Below are positions 10,604-17,461 of a stretch of DNA of 64,000 nt, piece after piece. The stretch lies in assembly GCA_035968315.1 (NCBI GenBank), contig JAVYIN010000007.1:92996-156995 (forward strand). The letters run 5' to 3'. Source of the DNA: Nitrospira sp. (lineage in GTDB: Bacteria; Nitrospirota; Nitrospiria; Nitrospirales; Nitrospiraceae). The position numbers and the translations under genes were made by a program. The notes under the pieces were generated by a model. The model was not told the DNA's origin. It was given only the letters and a program-made list of their open reading frames with translations, and did not search any database. How positions within the stretch are numbered: position 1 is the stretch's first letter; the number at the start of each line of letters is the position of its first letter.

Positions 10604-11860
10604 ATGGCGCATGAACAATCGATAAAAGCCTTGGTGATGGCGTTCACCGACGACGCGGACGCCGCCGTCTATGTGATCAATCGTCTCCAGCCGGAGGCGC
10701 TCTGTTTTGTGCTGCCGGAGCCGGCGAAAGGGCTGGTGGAGTCCGCCATCCAGCCGAAGATCGAGCGCATGCCCCGGCGCTGGGATTGGATCACGCTGGC
10801 CGAGGCGGCGGATGTCAGCGCCTGCCACCACGTGCTGGCGCATGCGCTGCCCGAACTCTTGAAGACGTGGGAGGTGCATTCCGGCGAGCTGGTCGTGGAT
10901 GTGACGGGCGCGACGCCCGCCATGGCCGGAGCCTTGACGCTCGTCACCTTGCCCGTGAGCTCACGAACGATTTCTCTATTGCCTTGGAGCGAGGGCCAGG
11001 ATGGCGAGGCCATCGATCTGAACGGCCGGCCAGTGCGGTGGGTGCAGAGCAATCTGTGGGACGATGTGGCAATCGTCTCGCGGCGCGAAGCCTCCGAGCT
11101 GTTCAATCGCGGACTGTTTTCGGCCTCGGCCCGATTCTTTCACGAGATCGAAGTGCGCGTGAGCGGCGGACAGAAACCGACCTACCGCGCCTTCGCCGAT
11201 CTCGCCGAGGGCTACGATTTCTGGGAGCGGTTCCACTACCGGCAGGCCTGGGACAAATTGAAGACCGCCGCCAAGGCGCTGGAGATGGCGGCCCTCTGGG
11301 GCGGCCCTCCTGGCTTGAAGACCGTATTGCCGGGGATCAAAGCCAACGCCGGATTTCTCGAACGTCTCGTGCTCGATCCCACCGCGGTCAAGGACTCGCT
11401 GGCGCTGGATCTGCTGGCGCACGCCGGCCGCCAGCTCCACGGAGGCCATGATCCCGAAGCAGCGATGGTCGCGCTGGTGAGGGCCCTCGAAGCCTTTGCG
11501 CAGCGGCAATTGTTCAAGCAACATAAGATTAAGAGCTGGGACGTGCAGCCGGAGCAACTCCCGCAGGCGCTTCAGGAAACCTGCCGGACGTGCTGGCTGG
11601 AAGACCTCGATGGGAAGTACAAGCTGTCGCTGCAGAGTCAGTTCCGCGTGCTCGCCGGACTGGGCGATCAACTGGGCCAGGCGTTTCTGCGCGATTGGCC
11701 CACGATGAAACCGCTCCTCGACGCGGCCAACCAGGCCGTGCTGGGCCATGGTTTCGAACCGGTCAAGGCCGAACGGGTGCAGCAGTTGTATGACATCGTT
11801 CTGAAGCTCTCGGGTGTGACCGACTCGTCGCTGCCGAATTTTCCGAACCTCAGTCTCTAG
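10604..11860 (+). CDS. Cas02710 (TIGR02710/PF09670)-type CARF-domain protein with a C-terminal HEPN-like helical domain; orphan, with no cas genes or array nearby
   Basis: 418-aa ORF. The N-terminal Rossmann-like part carries VVDVTGATPAMAGAL (CARF DxTGGTK-like motif). The C-terminal part carries ALVRALEAFAQRQL and NQAVLGHGFEPV, which match my memory of the Cas02710 signatures (RlYRalEllaQ; RNxSxLAHGxxP). Confidence 0.65.
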   Translation: MAHEQSIKALVMAFTDDADAAVYVINRLQPEALCFVLPEPAKGLVESAIQPKIERMPRRWDWITLAEAADVSACHHVLAHALPELLKTWEVHSGELVVDVTGATPAMAGALTLVTLPVSSRTISLLPWSEGQDGEAIDLNGRPVRWVQSNLWDDVAIVSRREASELFNRGLFSASARFFHEIEVRVSGGQKPTYRAFADLAEGYDFWERFHYRQAWDKLKTAAKALEMAALWGGPPGLKTVLPGIKANAGFLERLVLDPTAVKDSLALDLLAHAGRQLHGGHDPEAAMVALVRALEAFAQRQLFKQHKIKSWDVQPEQLPQALQETCRTCWLEDLDGKYKLSLQSQFRVLAGLGDQLGQAFLRDWPTMKPLLDAANQAVLGHGFEPVKAERVQQLYDIVLKLSGVTDSSLPNFPNLSL

Positions 11861-11870
11861 GAGCTAATGG

Positions 11871-11890
11871 CAGATGGCAGATAGCTGATG
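11871..11890. repeat. Left inverted-repeat arm CAGATGGCAGATAGCTGATG, preceded by a partial tandem ATGGCAG
   Basis: 17/20 identity to the reverse complement of 12292-12311. 16/17 identity to the reverse complement of 12358-12374. Confidence 0.8.
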
Positions 11891-11926
11891 CTCTGAGAGA
11901 GAGACTCATCGGGGATAAAGAGGGCC

Positions 11927-12280
11927 GTGCCATTTCGGTTTGAGAGCCTGGACATTTGGCACATGGCGAGAGAGTATGCCCGGAAAGTCTATTGCGCGAC
12001 TGCGAAATTTCCGCGCCATGAAGATTATGGCTTACGATCTCAGATGAACCGGGCAGCCAACTCGATCGGACTAAACATTGCGGAAGGCTCAGCCAAAGGG
12101 AGCCAGAAAGCCTTCGACTACCATCTTGAAGTGGCCATCGGATCAACTTTCGAAGTGGCTGCGGCTTCATTTCTTGCCGTCGATAACGCCTATATTACCA
12201 GCGAGGAGCAGAAGGGCTTATACGATGAAGGACAGAAATTGGCGAGGAGCATTAATGCTTTTCGGAATGCCTTAGGGTGA
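11927..12280 (+). CDS. Four-helix-bundle protein (23S rRNA intervening-sequence protein family, TIGR02436-like)
   Basis: 117-aa ORF with a GTG start. FESLDIWHMAREYARKVY, RSQMNRAANSIGLNIAEG and HLEVAIGSTFEV are typical of the family. It is visibly AT-richer than its neighbours. Confidence 0.85.
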   Translation: MPFRFESLDIWHMAREYARKVYCATAKFPRHEDYGLRSQMNRAANSIGLNIAEGSAKGSQKAFDYHLEVAIGSTFEVAAASFLAVDNAYITSEEQKGLYDEGQKLARSINAFRNALG

Positions 12281-12291
12281 TGATGCTTACT

Positions 12292-12311
12292 CATCAGACA
12301 TTTGCCATCTG
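12292..12311. repeat. Right inverted-repeat arm 1 (CATCAGACATTTGCCATCTG)
   Basis: Its reverse complement CAGATGGCAAATGTCTGATG matches 11871-11890 at 17/20. It starts 12 nt after the stop of the four-helix-bundle gene. Confidence 0.75.
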
Positions 12312-12357
12312 TTCTTGTCCTTACCGAACTCCTTCAACGGGTGCTTCTACTATCGGC

Positions 12358-12374
12358 CATCAGCTATCCGCCAT
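12358..12374. repeat. Right inverted-repeat arm 2 (CATCAGCTATCCGCCAT)
   Basis: Its reverse complement ATGGCGGATAGCTGATG matches 11874-11890 at 16/17. Confidence 0.75.
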
Positions 12375-12382
12375 AAGCTCTT

Positions 12383-12784
12383 ATGGAAATTAGGATCTAC
12401 TACGAGGATACCGACTGCGGCGGGGTGGTGTATTACGCCAATTATCTGAAATATTTTGAGCGGGCACGCACCCACTACATCGAGCAGTGCGGATTCTCCG
12501 TCGCAGGGCTGATGGCCGAAGGGACTGTGTTTGTGGTCGTGCGGACCGAGGTAGACTACCGGTCGCCGGCCCGCTACGGCGAGACGATTCTGATCGACAC
12601 GGTCGTGTCCGATGTCACACCGGCGTCGTTCACGTTCTCTCATGTGCTGCGCGAGAAGACGAGCGGGCGGGTGGTGGTCGAAGGCTCCGCGCGCCTCGCC
12701 GCGACGGACGGCAACGGGAAAGTGAAACGCCTCGACAAGGGGCTGGTCGCCGCGCTACAGTCCGGTGCCACGAAAGGGAAATAA
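12383..12784 (+). CDS. YbgC/4-hydroxybenzoyl-CoA thioesterase family acyl-CoA thioesterase (hotdog fold)
   Basis: 133-aa ORF. IRIYYEDTDCGGVVYYANYLKYFERAR contains the catalytic Asp context typical of the YbgC/4HBT family. Confidence 0.85.
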   Translation: MEIRIYYEDTDCGGVVYYANYLKYFERARTHYIEQCGFSVAGLMAEGTVFVVVRTEVDYRSPARYGETILIDTVVSDVTPASFTFSHVLREKTSGRVVVEGSARLAATDGNGKVKRLDKGLVAALQSGATKGK

Positions 12785-12898
12785 ATGGATAAGCTTGGAA
12801 CCTGGTTGGCCGTCACGGGCGTCGCGATTGGATTTATCGTGCTTGGCTGGCTGCTGTTTTCGGAGAACCCGACGGAGAAGAATAAGAAAAAGCCATAG
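12785..12898 (+). CDS. Candidate 37-aa single-TM micro-protein
   Basis: Hand translated: MDKLGTWLAVTGVAIGFIVLGWLLFSENPTEKNKKKP. The ATG lies directly after the ybgC-like stop (TAAATG). An AAGGGA Shine-Dalgarno-like sequence lies upstream. The ORF is below the track's size cut-off. Confidence 0.35.
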   Translation: MDKLGTWLAVTGVAIGFIVLGWLLFSENPTEKNKKKP

Positions 12899-13112
12899 GG
12901 TATCCCCGAGGGGAAGGCCCTATCGTTATTTCTCCGATAAGACCGCTACGTACGACTGCTCCAATTCTTCCTAAGATAGAGGCCTGCAGTCACAGAAAAG
13001 ACTCCCGGTACATTTTCTTCTCGTAAAAACATGAAGCAAGATCCTTTTCAATATGTGCCTAAGGATTGTGTGTTGGGCTTGGCGCAAGGGGTGATGTCTA
13101 ACGTAAAGTTAA

Positions 13113-13138
13113 GGGGCGCCGCGCTTTTGCGGCGTCCC
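13113..13138. terminator. GC-rich hairpin GGGGCGCCGC-gctttt-GCGGCGTCCC; a likely intrinsic terminator, possibly bidirectional
   Basis: 10-bp stem with one G-T pair. It lies 15 nt beyond the stop of the minus-strand gene 13153-13752. On the minus strand it is followed by TTAACTTTACGTT. Confidence 0.55.
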
Positions 13139-13152
13139 GCTATATTATTGAG

Positions 13153-13752
13153 TTAGAAATTCCATTTACATGTTGGCCCAATGCACGGAAACGTACCGTT
13201 CGCTACTCCTGCTGAAGCACCAACAATAACCGCTGCTATAGTGACGAGCACACTTGCGATGACGATAACCGATGTCGTTGTGTTATTCCCTTTGCCTTGT
13301 TGAGCCATGCAAGCATTAAATGCTTGTATGGTGTTCGTAAGGCTTCCAGAAGCCATTGCTGCAAACAAAGTTGATAAACTAACCGCCCATAAACTTAGGG
13401 CCAATGCCGCAGCGGATCCCGCGAAGGGGATACCAGCTATTACCGCTAATGCAGCTTGTGCTACAGCATATGTGGCCATTGAGGCGATTAGAATAATTAA
13501 GTTTGTGCGAAGGTTCGCTACGGAAGCCCCGCACGGTCCATTTGCACATTCATCTAAAGATGCAAGTGCTCCAGCCAGTAAACCGGTAGCAGTTGCAGCA
13601 AGGGCTCCACATACAATCATTGCTGGAATATTGGCAGCCGATGTAAAAGGATTACTACCTAAGGCTATAGCCGCAATCACGATAACAAGGCTGGCTAAGA
13701 ATGCGGCTTGAGCACCGATTATCAGACCGGAAATCCTGTTAAAATCACACAT
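13153..13752 (-). CDS. Hypothetical polytopic membrane protein; Ala/Gly/Ile-rich, almost no charged residues, 7 Cys
   Basis: The ORF track gives 13153-13764. I prefer the second ATG (13752, MCDFNRISG...) because GGAGG lies 5 nt upstream of it (atGGAGGtaattATG). There are several hydrophobic stretches long enough for TM helices. Composition is AT-rich, about 42% GC in a sampled line. Confidence 0.6.
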   Translation of the reverse strand: MCDFNRISGLIIGAQAAFLASLVIVIAAIALGSNPFTSAANIPAMIVCGALAATATGLLAGALASLDECANGPCGASVANLRTNLIILIASMATYAVAQAALAVIAGIPFAGSAAALALSLWAVSLSTLFAAMASGSLTNTIQAFNACMAQQGKGNNTTTSVIVIASVLVTIAAVIVGASAGVANGTFPCIGPTCKWNF

Positions 13753-13920
13753 AATTACCTCCATCCACGGTTGAAAAACCTTAATAGTTTTTCTGATATC
13801 CCCTGACTATGTATTATCTGGTTCCGTATAAATCCCAATCGTCTTAGGATGTTGGATAGAATTTGTATGACATCTCCTGCCAAGTTAGGGGCCTAAGCCC
13901 AATTGATTTCTTTCGGATTT

Positions 13921-14505
13921 CTACAACTGCGGCTTTGAAAACCCCTCTTGTCTCAGCACCTCCGCCACATTTCTTCCATTCACAAACACGTCGGCAACGG
14001 TGCGGCCGTAGACGTCTTGTCCGTAAGGCACGATGCGGATCGGGCCGTCGTGCAGGAGGGTTTCCAGCCGCTGTTTGGCTTCCTGTCCGCCCGGTTCATT
14101 CAGCTCTGGAGTATCGATGCCTCTGAGCCGGATGCGCTCGCCACCCATCCGCACGGTGTCGCCGTCGACTGCCGAGATCGGCTGGTTGTACGGAAGTCTT
14201 GGTCTGAGCAGGCGGCGGAGTGCGGAGGGCTGAATCTGTTTCTGATAGGGTGTAATTTTGTACCGGCCTGAGGGTCGGCGGTGGGGGCGGCTGCTCCGCG
14301 GGTGATGGGGACGATAGGGTTGTAAGGTTGAGGGCAACCGATTGGAGTCGCCGGCCGATGGACTCCAACACAGATCACAATTTTGCGGAACGGTCGATCC
14401 GCTATTGGCAGCGGAGAGCTTCGCGGCCTGGGCGACCATTGCCGGCGTCATGCTGTTCAGGCAAAGGAGCAGGGAGGCAAGAAGGGTGGCTGTGTGGTGA
14501 CGCAT
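13921..14505 (-). CDS. Secreted thermonuclease (staphylococcal nuclease / SNase-like) family protein
   Basis: C-terminal VDGDTVRMGGERIRLRGIDTPE...GQEAKQRLETLL...DVYGRTVADVFVNGRNVAEVLRQEG matches the SNase core. Signal-like MRHHTATLLASLLLCLNSMTPAMVAQA follows ATG 14505; the ORF track start is 14574. Confidence 0.8.
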   Translation of the reverse strand: MRHHTATLLASLLLCLNSMTPAMVAQAAKLSAANSGSTVPQNCDLCWSPSAGDSNRLPSTLQPYRPHHPRSSRPHRRPSGRYKITPYQKQIQPSALRRLLRPRLPYNQPISAVDGDTVRMGGERIRLRGIDTPELNEPGGQEAKQRLETLLHDGPIRIVPYGQDVYGRTVADVFVNGRNVAEVLRQEGFSKPQL

Positions 14506-14591
14506 GAACGCATCGTCCTCGCACAGCTCGTGCCAGGAGTGGTTCGGTTGACAACGGGGAAAACGGCGTGGCATTTTCAGAGCCGATAGGT

Positions 14592-14608
14592 GATGGCTGA
14601 TAGCTCAT
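14592..14608. repeat. Fourth copy of the GATGGCnGATAGCT motif (GATGGCTGATAGCTCAT), in direct orientation relative to 11873-11889
   Basis: 15/17 identity to GATGGCAGATAGCTGAT at 11873-11889. It lies 28 nt upstream of the ATG at 14637. Confidence 0.6.
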
Positions 14609-14636
14609 AAGCGACAGGGTCGCGGAGGGATAGATC

Positions 14637-14867
14637 ATGGAAATGTTTGGTCGAGTCGGCTTGGTGGAAGTCCCGATTCTGATCGCCCCGGATCAGAAGG
14701 TGTGGATGGATAAGATGATCAAGGAAGGGAAAATTGCTATTCCGCCTGGCGGGACGCTCGAAAAAGGCTCGCTCTATTCGATGTTTATTCGCATGTTGCT
14801 CCATAATGCGATGGAGGAGCAAAAGCGGCAGGAAGCGTTGGATGCGGACGACGAGGACGACGAATAG
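14637..14867 (+). CDS. Hypothetical small protein (76 aa) with an acidic tail DADDEDDE
   Basis: The ORF has a good Shine-Dalgarno sequence (GGAGGG 7 nt upstream of the ATG). I recognise no family. Confidence 0.5.
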   Translation: MEMFGRVGLVEVPILIAPDQKVWMDKMIKEGKIAIPPGGTLEKGSLYSMFIRMLLHNAMEEQKRQEALDADDEDDE

Positions 14868-14951
14868 GACGCTGTTGAAACGCCCGCCAGCGTCGTGCTC
14901 GCGGCGCTCCGGGTGTAACTGACTTAAAGAACGCGCTGGTTGAATGCAGCT

Positions 14952-14993
14952 ACGGCCTTGCGGGATGATCGTTTTGATCACCCGCAAGGCCGT
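14952..14993. terminator. Long hairpin ACGGCCTTGCGGGATGATC-gtttt-GATCACCCGCAAGGCCGT between convergent genes
   Basis: About 18-bp stem with one bulged base, followed by TGTTGT on the plus strand. It sits between the 14637-14867 ORF (+) and hemL (-). Confidence 0.6.
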
Positions 14994-15064
14994 TGTTGTA
15001 TCGAAACAGCTGCTCTTTTGTATCTGGCGAGATACGAACGATGCTTCTCGAGCGACGGTCGAGC

Positions 15065-16348
15065 TTAGAGGCTCTTGAACGCGGTATGCGCCGCGCGGAT
15101 CGTCTTTTCGATATCTTGAGCCGTATGGGCGGTGGAGAGAAACGCGGCTTCGAATTGTGACGGAGCCAGGTAGATTCCCTGTTCGAGCATCTTGTGGAAG
15201 AACTGGCCATAGCGCTTGGTGTCGGCATGCTTCACGGTATTCCAGTCCGTGACTGGGCCTGAGAGGAAGAACGAGGTGAGCATGGAGCCCACGCGGGTTT
15301 GCGTGAGCGGAATGCCGGCCTTCTTTGCCGCTTCCCCGATGCCCTTGGCGAGCGCGGCCGATTGGGTGTCGAGCTTTTTATAAACGCCCTTTTTCTTCAA
15401 CTGTTTCAGTGTTTCGATGCCTGCGGATACCGCCAGCGGATTGCCTGAGAGTGTGCCAGCCTGATAGACCGGCCCTGATGGGGCAATCAAGTCCATAATC
15501 TCTTTTCGCCCGCCGTAGGCCCCGACCGGCAGGCCCCCGCCGATGATTTTCCCCAGCACGGTGAGATCCGGCGTGATGCCATAGAGCCCTTGCGCGCCTC
15601 CGTATCCGACGCGGAACCCGGAAATCACTTCGTCGAAGACCAGCAAGATGTCGTGCTCCGCCGTCAACCGGCGCAGCGCGGCCAAAAATTCCGGCGCAGG
15701 CGGCACCACGCCCATGTTTCCTGCGATCGGCTCCAGGATGATGCAGGCCAGGGTCTTGCCTTGCTCGGCGATGATGCGCCGAACGGCATCGATGTCATTG
15801 TATGGGACCGTGAGGGTGTGCTTGGCGAAATCCGCGGGAACGCCGAGCGAATCGGGGATGCCCAGCGTGGCGAGGCCTGACCCGGCTTTGGCCAGCAGGT
15901 AGTCGCTGTGTCCGTGATAGCACCCTTCGAATTTCAAGATGTTGTCCCGCTTTGTGAAGCCGCGGGCCACGCGAATGGCGCTCATCACCGCTTCGGTGCC
16001 GGAGCTGACCAGCCGGACTTTTTCCATCGAGGGGAAGGCGTCGCGGATCATGCGGGCGAGCGTGACTTCCAGCTCCGTCGGGGCGCCGTAACTGGTGCCG
16101 TTATCGGCGGCTTTCTTGATGGCGCGGATGATGGCCGGCGCCGCATGGCCCAGGATCATCGGTCCCCATGACAGGACATAATCAAGATAGATATTGCCGT
16201 CGACGTCGTAAAGCTTGGCGCCTTTGGCGCGTTTGATGAACCGTGGCTGTCCGCCGACGGAGCGGAAGGCGCGAACAGGGCTGTTCACCCCACCGGGAAT
16301 GAGTTGCTGAGCGTCGGCAAAGAGTTTCGCGGAGCGGGTCGTCTTCAT
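15065..16348 (-). CDS. hemL: Glutamate-1-semialdehyde 2,1-aminomutase
   Basis: LFADAQQLIPGGVNSPVRAFRSVGG... and the class-III aminotransferase body. I prefer ATG 16348 (MKTTRSAKLF); the track start is 16369. Confidence 0.93.
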   Translation of the reverse strand: MKTTRSAKLFADAQQLIPGGVNSPVRAFRSVGGQPRFIKRAKGAKLYDVDGNIYLDYVLSWGPMILGHAAPAIIRAIKKAADNGTSYGAPTELEVTLARMIRDAFPSMEKVRLVSSGTEAVMSAIRVARGFTKRDNILKFEGCYHGHSDYLLAKAGSGLATLGIPDSLGVPADFAKHTLTVPYNDIDAVRRIIAEQGKTLACIILEPIAGNMGVVPPAPEFLAALRRLTAEHDILLVFDEVISGFRVGYGGAQGLYGITPDLTVLGKIIGGGLPVGAYGGRKEIMDLIAPSGPVYQAGTLSGNPLAVSAGIETLKQLKKKGVYKKLDTQSAALAKGIGEAAKKAGIPLTQTRVGSMLTSFFLSGPVTDWNTVKHADTKRYGQFFHKMLEQGIYLAPSQFEAAFLSTAHTAQDIEKTIRAAHTAFKSL

Positions 16349-16612
16349 AATGGGGGCGCACCCTAACATGCTCGCTTGTGTTGGTCAAGGAAGTTGCACG
16401 CGCATGGGAATCGATGGCGAGGAATGTCTCACATGGGGACAAAATATGTCACAAAAGATACGCGCGCGCCGATTTGGATACAGCAGATATTCTGCGGAAG
16501 CGGCAGGGATCGCTGATTTTGGGCAGATTCTTGAAGACGCACAATCGCACAGGTTGCGGCCCAACTCTTGCTGTTGTTGCGGGTATCTGTTTGGTTGATT
16601 GAGGGAGTATCT

Positions 16613-16873
16613 ATGACGGTGGTCTGTTCATGGTGCAGGCAAGAAGGGCGAGCCGGAGTGGTGCGGGAAAAAGCGCCGTTCGAAGATCGCCGGGAAACCC
16701 ATGGGATCTGCGCCGCGCATCGGAGCCAGGTGCGGGCCAGTTGGGATGACCTCGCGCGTTCCACGCCACCGAGCGAGACGTCAGCGGCCAAAGAGATGGG
16801 CGGGTATGTCGTGCGCTCTGCTTCCGGTCTCTGGAGTAGTCTGCGGAACCTCTCCCGTAAAGCCGGCCTCTAG
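16613..16873 (+). CDS. Hypothetical small Cys/His-motif protein (86 aa)
   Basis: GAGGGAG Shine-Dalgarno 5 nt upstream of ATG 16613. The N-terminus is VCSWCRQEG...THGICAAH. Confidence 0.45.
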   Translation: MTVVCSWCRQEGRAGVVREKAPFEDRRETHGICAAHRSQVRASWDDLARSTPPSETSAAKEMGGYVVRSASGLWSSLRNLSRKAGL

Positions 16874-16924
16874 CGGCCGCTTCCCGATCGGTCCTTCTTT
16901 TCGCCCTCAATGGAGTGAATCAGC

Positions 16925-17461
16925 TTACGGGGATGTTTTGCGCGCCGGTTTCTTCGCCGGCGTTGGGGGCACCCCAGTCGGCGCTGGTTCAAGATCCCAA
17001 TGTTTGCGTGTTCGCCGTTCCTGTTCTGATACCGCAAAGAGGGCGTGAAACGGGATCGCGCGCGATCCTTCTCCCGCTTGTCCTGTACTCCAGGCCTCGC
17101 CGGCGTCGCTTAAAATCTCCAACAGGGTCTCGTATTCCTCTTCGTCGCCGGGAAGCACGGCCTGTGCGTCTGTGATGAGCAGCACATAGCCTTTGGCCGG
17201 CAGCCATTCCAAGTCAGCGAGGCATTCTTCCATCGCATCCCAGTTGTGGCCGAAGTAGTCGGGAAATCCTAAGGCGCGCGCGAATTCGGTGAATAGGCCT
17301 GCCGCTGTCGCGCATTTCTTGCCGTTGATGACGCGGAGCGCGAACCCGGCCGGGGCCTTGAGCAGGCTGGCCGCGGGTGTTCCTGCCGGCACCACGAGCA
17401 GCGATGACCAGGGGGCTTTGGGCGTCTGAAGATAACCGGCCAGTGTGTGGGGTTGTGTCAT
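16925..17461 (-). CDS. Barstar-family ribonuclease inhibitor with a Pro/Lys-rich C-terminal extension
   Basis: LFTEFARALGFPDYFGHNWDAMEECLADLEWLP matches the barstar core (LxLPxYYGxNxDALWDCL). Its ATG overlaps the RNase stop (ATGA at 17458-17461). Confidence 0.8.
   Translation of the reverse strand: MTQPHTLAGYLQTPKAPWSSLLVVPAGTPAASLLKAPAGFALRVINGKKCATAAGLFTEFARALGFPDYFGHNWDAMEECLADLEWLPAKGYVLLITDAQAVLPGDEEEYETLLEILSDAGEAWSTGQAGEGSRAIPFHALFAVSEQERRTRKHWDLEPAPTGVPPTPAKKPARKTSP

Noticed and set aside
12366-12380. A recurring CATAAGC / GCTCATAAGC-type string. It occurs at 12372, 14605, 52485 and, as reverse complement, at 42455 upstream of leuS. I considered it as an extension of the repeat family.
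   Set aside because: The 7-10-mers are short enough to be expected several times in 64 kb on two strands. Only the longer GATGGCnGATAGCT core is statistically convincing.
10491-12382. A CRISPR array or cas genes next to the CARF gene.
   Set aside because: I read the flanks on both strands. The only repeats are the 17-20 nt inverted arms around the four-helix-bundle gene. There are no regularly spaced direct repeats and no cas-like ORFs.
13031-13150. A 39-aa ORF (MKQDPFQYVPKDC...) in the AT-rich spacer.
   Set aside because: It has no Shine-Dalgarno sequence. It runs straight through the terminator hairpin at 13113-13138. It has no recognisable features.
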